Shown: piece after piece, positions 1 through 8,500 of the stretch | Layout: the number at the start of each line of letters is the position of its first letter | Position numbering within the stretch: the stretch's first letter is position 1 | IMG/VR virus record: IMGVR_UViG_3300017917_002765 | Coordinates: 64,001 to 128,000 of that record | Source of the DNA: a virus | Direction: 5' to 3' (one strand) | DNA: 64,000 nt | Position numbers and translations under genes: made by a program | The notes under the pieces: generated by a model | What the model was told of the DNA's origin: nothing | The model's database searches: none | What the model saw: the letters and a program-made list of their open reading frames with translations, nothing else

Positions 1-21
1 ATTCATTTGTAATGTTCATAA

Positions 22-267
22 TTAATTTCTTTTAAATGTTTTGTATTCTCCATTAATAAAATTAAATTCATATTTCTCCAGAGTCTCTAACTTATCATCA
101 GCTTCTGCCAACATTGTTAAGGCTTCGTCAGCGTTTTTATAATAATCATTCGTGGAATGGTCACCAATACCACTAGAATGGTGTGATAATAAATGTAAAG
201 TTAATATAGCCTTGCTTCGTTGAGCCTCTAGTTGCGTTCTCAACATATCAATAATTAATGTTTTCAT
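22..267 (-). CDS. hypothetical phage protein
   Basis: The likely start is the ATG at 267 (MKTLIIDML), overlapping the stop of the upstream gene. It has a GIGDH motif seen in small phage proteins. Confidence 0.6.
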   Translation of the reverse strand: MKTLIIDMLRTQLEAQRSKAILTLHLLSHHSSGIGDHSTNDYYKNADEALTMLAEADDKLETLEKYEFNFINGEYKTFKRN

Positions 268-518
268 TTTTGTATTGTTGTGATAAAGATAGGTGTATGG
301 TCTCCCATCCAAGCACCTATTATGTTAAAGTTGAAAAATTCAAATGCCTCTTCATATGTCATACCATCTCTTTTCATCATAATGTCCATCATAATATCGA
401 CATCGTAGGCAATAACTGGGCCGAGGTTTATTCTCTCGGCCATACCAATTATTGCATCATCAAACCCATCACATAATAAAGCTTCTGGGTTTACCTCAAA
501 CATTTCTTCCTTTGTCAT
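264..518 (-). CDS. conserved hypothetical phage protein
   Basis: 84 aa. The DGFDDAIIG...MTYEEAFEFFNFNIIGAWMGDHTPIF pattern is typical of a widespread small phage family. Confidence 0.75.
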   Translation of the reverse strand: MTKEEMFEVNPEALLCDGFDDAIIGMAERINLGPVIAYDVDIMMDIMMKRDGMTYEEAFEFFNFNIIGAWMGDHTPIFITTIQK

Positions 519-535
519 TAAGTTTTTTATTTATT

Positions 536-949
536 TTAAGCTTCTTCCTCTTGTTCAGATTGATAAAGAGTTTTAATAGATTCCCTAACAACTTCAATAG
601 TATTGAATGTATGTTTGCGTAAGATACCACTATGAGCCATGAAATCTGGTTGTGTTATGATAACCTTATCTTTTTCTGTATCAAAAGAAATATAAGCAAT
701 TGCCTCTTCAACAACTATTCTTTTTTGTTCGTTAGTTAATTTTTCAAAAATATTTTCGTTCAAAACTATGATTACATCATCACCAGTTCTGTATTTAAGA
801 AGTTCATTAGACTTATTAACTTTAAAAATTTCTTTTGCTTTGTTATTTGCAAGAACAGTAATGTTCATGTAATTATTTAACCCAGTTGCGTCAATAACTT
901 CATTAAATAATGCTTGTGTGTCTTCAAAAGGTTGTTCGTACTTAGCCAT
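536..949 (-). CDS. hypothetical protein (weak resemblance to phage metallopeptidase-like proteins, no HExxH)
   Basis: 137 aa ORF with an A-rich start context and a TAnnTTTG promoter upstream. Confidence 0.65.
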   Translation of the reverse strand: MAKYEQPFEDTQALFNEVIDATGLNNYMNITVLANNKAKEIFKVNKSNELLKYRTGDDVIIVLNENIFEKLTNEQKRIVVEEAIAYISFDTEKDKVIITQPDFMAHSGILRKHTFNTIEVVRESIKTLYQSEQEEEA

Positions 950-984
950 TTTTTTTTTGTTTTATTTTTTGTTATTAATTTTTA

Positions 985-992
985 CAAAGATA
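985..992 (-). promoter_or_regulatory. Bacteroidota-type -7 promoter box TATCTTTG
   Basis: Matches TAnnTTTG, with TTG about 20 nt upstream. Precedes ORF 536..949. Confidence 0.65.
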
Positions 993-1016
993 CGATTTAG
1001 TTTAATAACGTACAAC

Positions 1017-2003
1017 TTATGACGTTATATTTTTTAATTTTTCCAATAACTCCCTTTCCTCATCAGTTATAACCTTGGGAATATTTAAACCAATTGAAAC
1101 AATCATATCACCTCTGGTTGCTTCTTTATAACCATATAATCCTTTAGATGGTATTTTAAGATTGGCACCAACACTAGTATGTTCTGGTATACTTATTCGT
1201 ATTCTACCACCTTCTATAGTATCAATTTCAACTTTATCACCTAAAACCAATTGTGGATATGATAAATTTAAAGTTATTTTTAAATCGTTTCTAACACGAG
1301 TGTATAGTTTATGTGTTATTTCAGTTATATTGATGTGCAGGTCTCCACATTCCCCAGCTTTAATTGCATGACCTTTACTAGGCATAACAAATGTCATACC
1401 GCTTTGAACACCTCTTGGTATACTTACATCTATTGTTTCTTCTACCGAAACAACACCAGACCCAGAACATTTTTTACAAGCATCTTCAACAATAAAACCA
1501 AGAGTATCACAATAATTACAAGGCATCATTTGTCTAAACAAACCTACTGGTGTTTCTATAACTTGTGATACCATACCAGAACCATTACAAACACCACAAG
1601 TTTTTTGTTTTGTACCACCAATTCCACTACATTCAGAACACTTATCGTTTCTACGGTATTTATATTGTTTATTTACACCAGTAAAAATTTCCTCCATAGT
1701 TACCTTTATATTCAAAATCATATTTTCACCATATCTAACTCTCCTTTGTTGGAAATCATGTGAAAAATTAATGTTTTGAAAACCAGATGAATTACCAAAA
1801 CGGTCATATTTGGCTCTTTTATCAGTATCTGATAAAATTTCATAAGCCTCAGTTATTTCTTTAAACTTCTCTTCAGCTTCTGGATTACCCTGATTCTTAT
1901 CTGGATGCCATTTCTTCGTAAGCTCACGATACACCTTCTTTAAATCTTCTTGTGATACATTCTTTGCAACACCTAGTATTTCGTAATAGTCCTTTTTGGC
2001 CAT
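1017..2003 (-). CDS. dnaJ: DnaJ chaperone
   Basis: N-terminal J domain ([14 protein letters not shown]), CxxCxGxG zinc-finger repeats, and a C-terminal substrate-binding domain. The G/F linker is very short. Confidence 0.95.
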   Translation of the reverse strand: MAKKDYYEILGVAKNVSQEDLKKVYRELTKKWHPDKNQGNPEAEEKFKEITEAYEILSDTDKRAKYDRFGNSSGFQNINFSHDFQQRRVRYGENMILNIKVTMEEIFTGVNKQYKYRRNDKCSECSGIGGTKQKTCGVCNGSGMVSQVIETPVGLFRQMMPCNYCDTLGFIVEDACKKCSGSGVVSVEETIDVSIPRGVQSGMTFVMPSKGHAIKAGECGDLHINITEITHKLYTRVRNDLKITLNLSYPQLVLGDKVEIDTIEGGRIRISIPEHTSVGANLKIPSKGLYGYKEATRGDMIVSIGLNIPKVITDEERELLEKLKNITS

Positions 2004-2007
2004 TATG

Positions 2008-2015
2008 ATATTTAT
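2008..2015 (+). promoter_or_regulatory. putative phage late promoter ATATTTAT
   Basis: Same motif as upstream of many minus-strand genes, but here on the plus strand ahead of plus-strand ORF 2063. Confidence 0.5.
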
Positions 2016-2022
2016 TTTTACA

Positions 2023-2030
2023 CAAAAGTA
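2023..2030 (-). promoter_or_regulatory. -7 promoter box TACTTTTG for dnaJ
   Basis: TAnnTTTG match 19 nt upstream of the dnaJ ATG. Confidence 0.6.
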
Positions 2031-2062
2031 CTTAAATTTATCGAGAAAAACAAATTTTACTT

Positions 2063-2719
2063 ATGGAATTTAGGGTGGTATTAGTTGCTAATGGTGAATA
2101 TAAAAAAACCTTACATAGATGTAAGACACGTGAAACTGCTTTTATTAACTTTCATAAGATAAAAGAAACTAATAAGGTTTTATTTCCAAGAAAACTTATC
2201 AACACAAAAGGTATTAAACCAGTTAAGTATCAAATATACATTACAAAACCAACTCAAGAAGGTGATGTTTTTAGAATACTTAGAGATGAGTATGGTAAAC
2301 TATATACTGAAAAACCATTAGGTGATTGGACAATATTACATTCTGATGATTATGATATAGAAGAGACTTTCTGGATGTATGGGTTTGACCCAAAAATAGA
2401 AAGACCTACAATTTCCGAAGTAGTTAAAAGACTTATGATTGGGGCGCACTCCAAGAAAATGGTTAAACAAATTATTGTCGTTTATAATAAACTTATCATT
2501 TATAACGAGGACCAATTTGACATGGTTCTATGTAAGAACATGGAAGATGCTCAAAGATTACACCATACACTAGCTAAGATAGCCAAGAAACAAAAGATTA
2601 AGAGTCTTATGTTTATGGGTACCGCTAGCAAAGCTATGATTGGTAGAATGTATGATTTGATTCATGAGGAAACCAAGTGGCCATACACAAAAATACGTAG
2701 AAGAAATACTAGACCTTAA
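2063..2719 (+). CDS. hypothetical basic protein
   Basis: 218 aa ORF, divergent from dnaJ, with no recognised motif. Confidence 0.8.
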   Translation: MEFRVVLVANGEYKKTLHRCKTRETAFINFHKIKETNKVLFPRKLINTKGIKPVKYQIYITKPTQEGDVFRILRDEYGKLYTEKPLGDWTILHSDDYDIEETFWMYGFDPKIERPTISEVVKRLMIGAHSKKMVKQIIVVYNKLIIYNEDQFDMVLCKNMEDAQRLHHTLAKIAKKQKIKSLMFMGTASKAMIGRMYDLIHEETKWPYTKIRRRNTRP

Positions 2720-2908
2720 TTATCTGAATAGACTTTCTACTCTACCAACAAGCACAGCTATACGTGCTTCGTTTTCTTTAATTTGTTTTTCAATGTGTGG
2801 AGGAATGTTAGCAACGTATTCAGCTTTCAATTTAGAAATCTCTCTTTGAAGTCTATCGCTTTCACGAATACATTGGTCGTATATTAACGCTTTTTGTGCC
2901 TTATCCAT
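2720..2908 (-). CDS. small coiled-coil hypothetical protein
   Basis: The likely start is the ATG at 2908 (MDKAQKALIYD), right after the upstream stop. Confidence 0.65.
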   Translation of the reverse strand: MDKAQKALIYDQCIRESDRLQREISKLKAEYVANIPPHIEKQIKENEARIAVLVGRVESLFR

Positions 2909-2909
2909 T

Positions 2910-3278
2910 TTAATCACATTTACAGTCACCATTAGGGTTATTACCACAATCACATGGTTTACCTTCTGATGTTGATAATTCATCAATCGTTATTTCTTCA
3001 TCTGGTACATCAATATCAGCACCAATAGAAAAGCTTTCTTTAATTTCTTCAATAATCTTGTTTACCTTCTCCATATCAGCTTCGTTAATAATGACTGGGT
3101 TCAATACTTCAACACGGTCTTCACCTTTAGTTGGTAAGAAAAACGCCAAGGCATTGGCATTTTTATATGCAATCATTTGGTTAACCGATTCAGCGAATGG
3201 TTTAATAATTTGTGGGTTTGACATTAACTCATGGTCTAAATAAAACACAATAACGAGTGGATAATTTTTATTTTCCAT
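2910..3278 (-). CDS. hypothetical protein with Cys-rich C-terminus
   Basis: 122 aa, ending PCDCGNNPNGDCKCD. Confidence 0.75.
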   Translation of the reverse strand: MENKNYPLVIVFYLDHELMSNPQIIKPFAESVNQMIAYKNANALAFFLPTKGEDRVEVLNPVIINEADMEKVNKIIEEIKESFSIGADIDVPDEEITIDELSTSEGKPCDCGNNPNGDCKCD

Positions 3279-3534
3279 TTTTTCCTTTTAATATTTCTTC
3301 AAGACAAAATTCTTCGATTATTTCGTCTTTGTTTATTGTTTTAGTGTCACTACTAATTAGATGTTCAACAATTAATTGATTTACCCTTTCTTGTTTAGCA
3401 TCTTCTCCTAATTCAGTATAGGCATGAACTCTTGTTCCATTAACCTCAACATAAATTAAATACTCAGAAATTGTTTTTCCTTTATATAACCTACTAGAGT
3501 ATTTATCTATTTCTTTTATAATTATCCTTTTCAT
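3268..3534 (-). CDS. hypothetical protein
   Basis: The ATG at 3534 lies 3 nt after the promoter box TAAATTTG (3538-3545). Confidence 0.65.
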   Translation of the reverse strand: MKRIIIKEIDKYSSRLYKGKTISEYLIYVEVNGTRVHAYTELGEDAKQERVNQLIVEHLISSDTKTINKDEIIEEFCLEEILKGKNGK

Positions 3535-3579
3535 ATGCAAATTTATACATTTTAATTTTTACTGTAAATAGTAAAAATG

Positions 3580-3606
3580 AAAAAAACCCCATTTCTGGGG
3601 TTTTTT
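3580..3606 (-). terminator. intrinsic terminator
   Basis: On the minus strand: a CCCCA-GAAA-TGGGG hairpin (GNRA loop) followed by a U-tract. The A/T tracts on both sides suggest it is bidirectional. Confidence 0.85.
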
Positions 3607-3611
3607 AAATG

Positions 3612-3768
3612 TGTTCATATCAAGATGCGGGGGCGTTTACTTCAATCCCTATAAGAAGTTTACCGCTTAGAAAAAAATATTTAGAGGAAGCGGCTCCTAC
3701 AATTATTGATTGACTAATAGTTTTTCTTTTTTGTAGTTTGCGGTATGCATCTTTATATACTATGAACA
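3612..3768 (-). ncRNA. candidate structured RNA (Y-RNA-like) downstream of the DUF2828/TROVE-like gene
   Basis: The ends pair (3612-3619/3761-3768 and 3622-3628/3747-3753). Three internal hairpins lie at 3639-3659, 3662-3694 and 3697-3736. It fills the space between the stop codon and the terminator. Confidence 0.6.
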
Positions 3769-3773
3769 AAAAG

Positions 3774-5207
3774 TTAGACAGTTACTGCTGAGTAACGTGC
3801 TGAGTTAACAACATCCAGCATCATAGATACTGGAGTTAAATCCTTGCCAGCCAACAAGTTTGTAAGCAACGCTGGGCTGAAACCAGACACCAACGCAGTA
3901 CCGTTCTTGTCAAAGTGAACTGGGAAATTATCACTTCTGGACTGAATGTTCCAGTAAACAACCTTTGGCATTTTGTACCCAGCTTCAGCATACATCTTTT
4001 CAAACATTTGCTGAGCTGAAAGTCCATTATTACCACGAGTTCCAGCGTTGAACTCCATGTCTGACATAATCAGAATCATGGTTGGCATCTCTTCCGCAGA
4101 CACATTAGAAGCCTTAGCTTTTTCAAGTATCAAACGGAATACAGCCTCAACGTTGGTTGACATCGCCCAATCAGCACTTGACAACTGATTGAATCTCTCT
4201 TGCAAATTACCACTAAGGATTTGCAATTGAGGGTTGGTTGAGAAGGTAACAAACGCATCCTTGAAAGGACCAACGTTACGTTCAGAGATGTACAATCCCA
4301 AAGAGACTGCAACATCCATACAAGTAACATTAGGGTTGTTACCAGCTTGGCATCCCATAGAACCAGACACGTCAACTACTGGCAAGAATCTTTCCGCATT
4401 ACCTTCAAGGTAGTTTGGAAGCGCATTCCATTGTGTGTTAGCTCCAGACTTGTCACCAAATCTCAAGTTCTTCACAATGTCATATGGGTATACGGCACCA
4501 GCGTTGATTTTAGTCTCACCCTTGTTAACACTTTCCAAGTAAGCACTGAAACGCTCCTTGTCGTGTTTGCTGAACGCTTTCATCAAGTCGCTCATAGCCT
4601 TAGAAGGTAACTTAGAGTACTCAATAGCTGACCACTCATTAGCACACATCAATTGCTCAACGGTGTTAGAGTTTTCAACCAACAACTTACGGTATTCTTT
4701 TGGAGAAAGACCCAAGTGCTTTCTTAGAGCAGCAGACCATCTTTTCTTTTCACGGTTGCTAACGTTAGGACGTGGCATCCACTTGGCACAAAGACCATTC
4801 TTGTCTGCCAAACCTTTAGCGATAAGGTCAAGAGCCTCATTTTCAAGAGGTGTTCCAACCAAAACTAAAAGGTCATCCCATCTACCGAATTCTGAAATCA
4901 AGTGAAGGTTTTTAACCAACACTTCCTTACGATTAGCTGCAAGGTATTCGATGATGTCACGGAAGATTTTTCTTTCCCCAGCTCCACCACGAACGTCACG
5001 TGCCCAGAACAATAGCTTCATAGCTGTCAACGGATTCTCACCGAATGCTTTTGTGAAAGCATTGATAAGACGGCTCTTATCTTGGCCTCTCATTGCACCA
5101 ATCTGGAAAAACAAGTTTACACAGTGGTTTAAAGAAGATGAGTTAGTCACCATACCGTTTTCAGTAAGCGAATCATTTGTTTGCATTGCAGCTAATAAAG
5201 TATTCAT
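3774..5207 (-). CDS. DUF2828-family (TROVE/Ro60-like helical domain plus vWA) protein
   Basis: Motifs LTENG, RDVRGGAGER, GRWDDL, AKWMPR, YSKLPSKAM and KINAGAVYPYD. The vWA MIDAS is DVSGSM, followed by SDMEF and YWN. Confidence 0.85.
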   Translation of the reverse strand: MNTLLAAMQTNDSLTENGMVTNSSSLNHCVNLFFQIGAMRGQDKSRLINAFTKAFGENPLTAMKLLFWARDVRGGAGERKIFRDIIEYLAANRKEVLVKNLHLISEFGRWDDLLVLVGTPLENEALDLIAKGLADKNGLCAKWMPRPNVSNREKKRWSAALRKHLGLSPKEYRKLLVENSNTVEQLMCANEWSAIEYSKLPSKAMSDLMKAFSKHDKERFSAYLESVNKGETKINAGAVYPYDIVKNLRFGDKSGANTQWNALPNYLEGNAERFLPVVDVSGSMGCQAGNNPNVTCMDVAVSLGLYISERNVGPFKDAFVTFSTNPQLQILSGNLQERFNQLSSADWAMSTNVEAVFRLILEKAKASNVSAEEMPTMILIMSDMEFNAGTRGNNGLSAQQMFEKMYAEAGYKMPKVVYWNIQSRSDNFPVHFDKNGTALVSGFSPALLTNLLAGKDLTPVSMMLDVVNSARYSAVTV

Positions 5208-5244
5208 AAATTTGGTTTTAGTTAGTAAATTTGGTTAAGTGATG

Positions 5245-5252
5245 CAAAAGTA
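5245..5252 (-). promoter_or_regulatory. -7 promoter box TACTTTTG with upstream TTGAC (5271-5275)
   Basis: TAnnTTTG match upstream of the DUF2828 gene. Confidence 0.7.
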
Positions 5253-5271
5253 CGAAGATTTTTTCTTGTTG

Positions 5272-5490
5272 TCAAGTTTTTTTCAAAAAAAATTTTTTAC
5301 GCTTCTTTTTTTCTTTGATTTTTGTTGATGTTTTTACAGTGTCAAGACCGTTTTTTACAGTGTCAACACCTTGTTTTTGTAAAATATTTGGCAATTCCAA
5401 GTTATGTTTTTTAGGTAATATTAATTCTTCTTTTTCGCAAGAAGATAATGTTACAACAAACAAAATAGCCAATAATTTAACAAATTTCAT
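5272..5490 (-). CDS. small lipoprotein
   Basis: Signal peptide with lipobox LSS-C followed by EKEE, and a Lys-rich C-terminus. The promoter box at 5495-5502 is 4 nt from the ATG. Confidence 0.7.
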   Translation of the reverse strand: MKFVKLLAILFVVTLSSCEKEELILPKKHNLELPNILQKQGVDTVKNGLDTVKTSTKIKEKKKRKKFFLKKT

Positions 5491-5526
5491 TTTGCAAAAG
5501 TATTAAATCTTTTTGAATAAACCAAA

Positions 5527-6138
5527 TTATTTAACAAAATTTTTTACGTAAAGTGTTCTATGATATCTGTTGGCACCGTGCTGCTTTAATGCAGATATAT
5601 GGTCTGGGGTTAAATAACCCTTATTCTTAACCCAATTATACTCAGGATGTATTTCATGTAGTTTACTCATGTAATCATCTCTTCTAACCTTCGCTACTAT
5701 TGCCGCAGCAGCTATGCATGTATAGGTATCATCACCTTTTGGGACCAAAGTATATTTGTTATCTGAATTGGTACCTGTATAGTCTTCCCATACAGTTCCA
5801 TCAATTAGTAAGTATTCTGGTCTAACACTAAGATTATCAATACACTTATGCATAGTGTTGAATGTGGTTTTATTGATTCCTACTTCATTAATTTCAATAG
5901 CAGAACCAGCATGGCAAGCAACCGATATAGCATTTTCCATGATTAGCTTGTACGCTTCATTACGTTGCTTTTCAGAAAGCTTTTTGGAATCTCTAATAAG
6001 TGGTGAAGAAAACCCTTTTGGTAGGATTACAGCAGCCGTAACAACTGGACCAGCACCACAACCACGACCAACTTCATCTAAACCAGATACATAAGTATGT
6101 TCAGGCCAATCCTGTAGTATCTTTTTTTCTTTTGCCAT
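5527..6138 (-). CDS. rnhB: ribonuclease HII
   Basis: GLDEVGRG..AGPV, DSKKL, IDG, KGD, AAIVAKVRRD, NKGY and HR motifs. Confidence 0.95.
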   Translation of the reverse strand: MAKEKKILQDWPEHTYVSGLDEVGRGCGAGPVVTAAVILPKGFSSPLIRDSKKLSEKQRNEAYKLIMENAISVACHAGSAIEINEVGINKTTFNTMHKCIDNLSVRPEYLLIDGTVWEDYTGTNSDNKYTLVPKGDDTYTCIAAAAIVAKVRRDDYMSKLHEIHPEYNWVKNKGYLTPDHISALKQHGANRYHRTLYVKNFVK

Positions 6139-6142
6139 TAGG

Positions 6143-6150
6143 CAAAGGTA
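6143..6150 (-). promoter_or_regulatory. -7 promoter box TACCTTTG
   Basis: TAnnTTTG 4 nt before the rnhB ATG. Confidence 0.65.
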
Positions 6151-6372
6151 CTAAACCTTTTTGAATTTAACAAGTATACCACCCAACATGGCTTCAAATT
6201 CGTCAGTTGGTTCAAACTTGGTTGCGTATGGGTTTGCTTTGTAAAATAGTTCTTCATTTATTTTAAGCAATTCAACTTCTGGAAGTTCATACGTTAACAC
6301 CAACCCACGCTTTTGTATTTTTTCGTTTTCAACAATAAGTGAAACGGTTTCTATTAATTGTAGATAAGTCAT
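6151..6372 (-). CDS. hypothetical protein
   Basis: 73 aa ORF tightly packed in the operon. Confidence 0.7.
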   Translation of the reverse strand: MTYLQLIETVSLIVENEKIQKRGLVLTYELPEVELLKINEELFYKANPYATKFEPTDEFEAMLGGILVKFKKV

Positions 6373-6375
6373 AGT

Positions 6376-6615
6376 TTAAAACTTTGTGAATATTTTTTTA
6401 AGCCAATTGATGAACTTTTCGTATCTTGTTTTTTCAACGATTGTTACACGACCGCCTTTTTGTTTTATTTCAGAACCCAAACCATATTTTATTTCATTGG
6501 CGAATTTAACTTTATTTACAGCTGTTGCTATGGTTTCTTTGACCATCGCTTCTCTTTCATATTTTATTTCAAAGTCAAGCTCGGAATCTGATAATTGGTT
6601 TACATCTTTTTCCAT
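6376..6615 (-). CDS. hypothetical protein
   Basis: 79 aa ORF overlapping the end of the NUDIX gene. Confidence 0.7.
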   Translation of the reverse strand: MEKDVNQLSDSELDFEIKYEREAMVKETIATAVNKVKFANEIKYGLGSEIKQKGGRVTIVEKTRYEKFINWLKKIFTKF

Positions 6616-7148
6616 ATATTGTTTATTTTACTAGTCATTCCATCATATAAAGGACTAGGTAAATTATCTTTTGAAAACCATCCCCAATCCAAATTTTCTT
6701 TGTCTAATTTAGGTTTAAATTCATTAGAAGTCAAGCCCTCATAATAATGAAATATCATGTTTTTTTCTTCTATATTTTCAACATCAATCTTTTTCATCTT
6801 AACTATACTAGAGCTAATTGATAACTCTTCTTCTATTTCACGATTAAGACATTCCATTGGGTCTTCACCATCTTTTAATTCTCCAGACACCAATGACCAT
6901 TTGGGTGTCTTATCATTACGAAGAAGAAGCAATACATTATCTGTATCTTCTGATTTAATTAAAACACCAGCAGCCTTCATTATCTTCTTTTCTTCTTTTA
7001 TATTATCTGGTGTGTTATCAAACCCACACTTGTGACAAAAATACATGTCTGGTCCAGATTCTGATTTTTTCCAAGACCAACCACACTTCTTGCATTTAAT
7101 GGTTTTATCAATCGCTTCTCTGAATAATTGTTTAATTAACTCTTTCAT
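6600..7148 (-). CDS. NUDIX hydrolase with N-terminal zinc ribbon
   Basis: CKKC...CHKC zinc ribbon and Nudix box GELKDGEDPMECLNREIEEELSI. Confidence 0.85.
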   Translation of the reverse strand: MKELIKQLFREAIDKTIKCKKCGWSWKKSESGPDMYFCHKCGFDNTPDNIKEEKKIMKAAGVLIKSEDTDNVLLLLRNDKTPKWSLVSGELKDGEDPMECLNREIEEELSISSSIVKMKKIDVENIEEKNMIFHYYEGLTSNEFKPKLDKENLDWGWFSKDNLPSPLYDGMTSKINNIWKKM

Positions 7149-7152
7149 ACTA

Positions 7153-7160
7153 ATAAATAT
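7153..7160 (-). promoter_or_regulatory. putative late promoter ATATTTAT
   Basis: Recurrent motif 4 nt before the NUDIX ATG. Confidence 0.55.
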
Positions 7161-7182
7161 TGACTAATTGGTCTAGGTTTTG

Positions 7183-7190
7183 TATATTTG
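7183..7190 (+). promoter_or_regulatory. -7 promoter box TATATTTG
   Basis: TAnnTTTG on the plus strand with TTGAC about 19 nt upstream. Precedes ORF 7201. Confidence 0.6.
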
Positions 7191-7200
7191 AAATAAAACT

Positions 7201-7542
7201 ATGGCTATACTAACTTTTATTCTTATCTGTTATGGTGCTTGCAATAACATGATTTACGGTTCCATCTTTGAAGGGTGGAGAAACTTCATTGCCAAATTTG
7301 GTGTTGGAGGATACAGCTTGCATAAATTATTTACTTGTTTTATGTGTCTTGGTACTTGGATGGGTTTTGCCGTTTCTTTATTGATGTTTCATTTTGGTTA
7401 CGGTGATAAAACACCAATTGGTTCTTTAGGCATTACAGACATTTACCTGATGACTTTTTTGAATGGTTTGCTATCCGCAGGTGGTGTTTGGATTCTTCAC
7501 ACAATACAAGAAGCATTTGAACGACATTACCAACAACAATAA
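7201..7542 (+). CDS. DUF1360-like membrane protein
   Basis: Three hydrophobic segments and an LFTCFMCLGTW (CxxC..W) motif. Confidence 0.65.
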   Translation: MAILTFILICYGACNNMIYGSIFEGWRNFIAKFGVGGYSLHKLFTCFMCLGTWMGFAVSLLMFHFGYGDKTPIGSLGITDIYLMTFLNGLLSAGGVWILHTIQEAFERHYQQQ

Positions 7543-7570
7543 AAAAAGCCCCTTTATGGGGCTTTATTTT
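7541..7570. terminator. bidirectional intrinsic terminator
   Basis: AAAGCCCC-tttat-GGGGCTTT between convergent genes. Confidence 0.85.
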
Positions 7571-8280
7571 TAGAATCCTTTCTTGTCTATACATTTAGAA
7601 CAAGCTTCATCTGGTCCACATTCACAATCAGAATCATAATCATCAGCAATAGCCATTTCAATCTTCTTCTTTGGTGGAAGTTCAATTTTAGCAGCAGGAC
7701 TTGGTTTTTTCTTTTGCGCTATGGCTTTCCTATTCCTTTCTGCTCTTGCTTCTTCCTCAAGTATTTCTTTTTCTTCTTCAGTCAATTGAATAGGTGTTTT
7801 ATTTTCATCAACATAAATTATTTGTTCGATTGGTTTTTCTGGTAATTCTACTGTTGGATGCTCAGCTGATATTTCATCATATGTATCATCCACTTCAAAA
7901 TCATCTAGTTTTGGTACCAAATCTTCATCAGCAAACGTAAACTTAAGTCTACTAAGTTTAGCTAATGTGGTTCTTTTAAATAGTTCTTTCAGTTCATTAA
8001 CTTTAACCTTAAGAAGTTCATGTTTTTTCTCACGTTCCTCGTTTAACTTTATTGTTTTCGCTACGTAATCCAATAATTCATCCAACCCAATGCCTTTTGT
8101 TTCACTGAATATCATATAGTAATTCAATTCGTCATTTCCTTTTATTTTTTTAACTGATTGGTCATCTGGGACTGTCCAACCATCTTTAAAAACAGCATCA
8201 ACCAATGGTGTGCCTTCTAAATAACGAATACCAATAACATATGGTTGTAATGAATCAAGTGTTTTTTGTATATTTGACAT
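7570..8280 (-). CDS. hypothetical protein (coiled coil, acidic, Cys-rich tail)
   Basis: 236 aa, ending CECGPDEACSKC. Confidence 0.8.
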   Translation of the reverse strand: MSNIQKTLDSLQPYVIGIRYLEGTPLVDAVFKDGWTVPDDQSVKKIKGNDELNYYMIFSETKGIGLDELLDYVAKTIKLNEEREKKHELLKVKVNELKELFKRTTLAKLSRLKFTFADEDLVPKLDDFEVDDTYDEISAEHPTVELPEKPIEQIIYVDENKTPIQLTEEEKEILEEEARAERNRKAIAQKKKPSPAAKIELPPKKKIEMAIADDYDSDCECGPDEACSKCIDKKGF

Positions 8281-8284
8281 GTAT

Positions 8285-8497
8285 TTATATTTTAAAACCA
8301 GTAAAGATTACAGTTAATATATAGGATATCGATGTTCCTAAGAAAAATAGAGACCATGATGATAACTTATACTTAACTGGAATTTCCTCAGTTGATGTCA
8401 TGAAAGCTTGTATAAAATAATATCCATGTCTAATTACTACCAAACAAGATAGAAAAAACAAAGCAATCAAAAACTTATTTAATAATACAATTAACAT
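8285..8497 (-). CDS. small two-TM membrane protein
   Basis: 70 aa with two hydrophobic helices. Confidence 0.65.
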   Translation of the reverse strand: MLIVLLNKFLIALFFLSCLVVIRHGYYFIQAFMTSTEEIPVKYKLSSWSLFFLGTSISYILTVIFTGFKI

Positions 8498-8500
8498 TTA

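Noticed and set aside
950-972. Long poly-T tracts before starts (also near 52510, 53475, 56555) as phase-variation or frameshift sites
   Set aside because: They are intergenic A-rich translation initiation regions typical of Bacteroidota genes and do not interrupt reading frames.
3612-3768. The cloverleaf-like element as a tRNA gene
   Set aside because: It has no TTCRA T-loop, no D-loop GG in position, no 7-nt anticodon loop and no CCA end, and it is about twice tRNA length. It is kept only as a candidate ncRNA.
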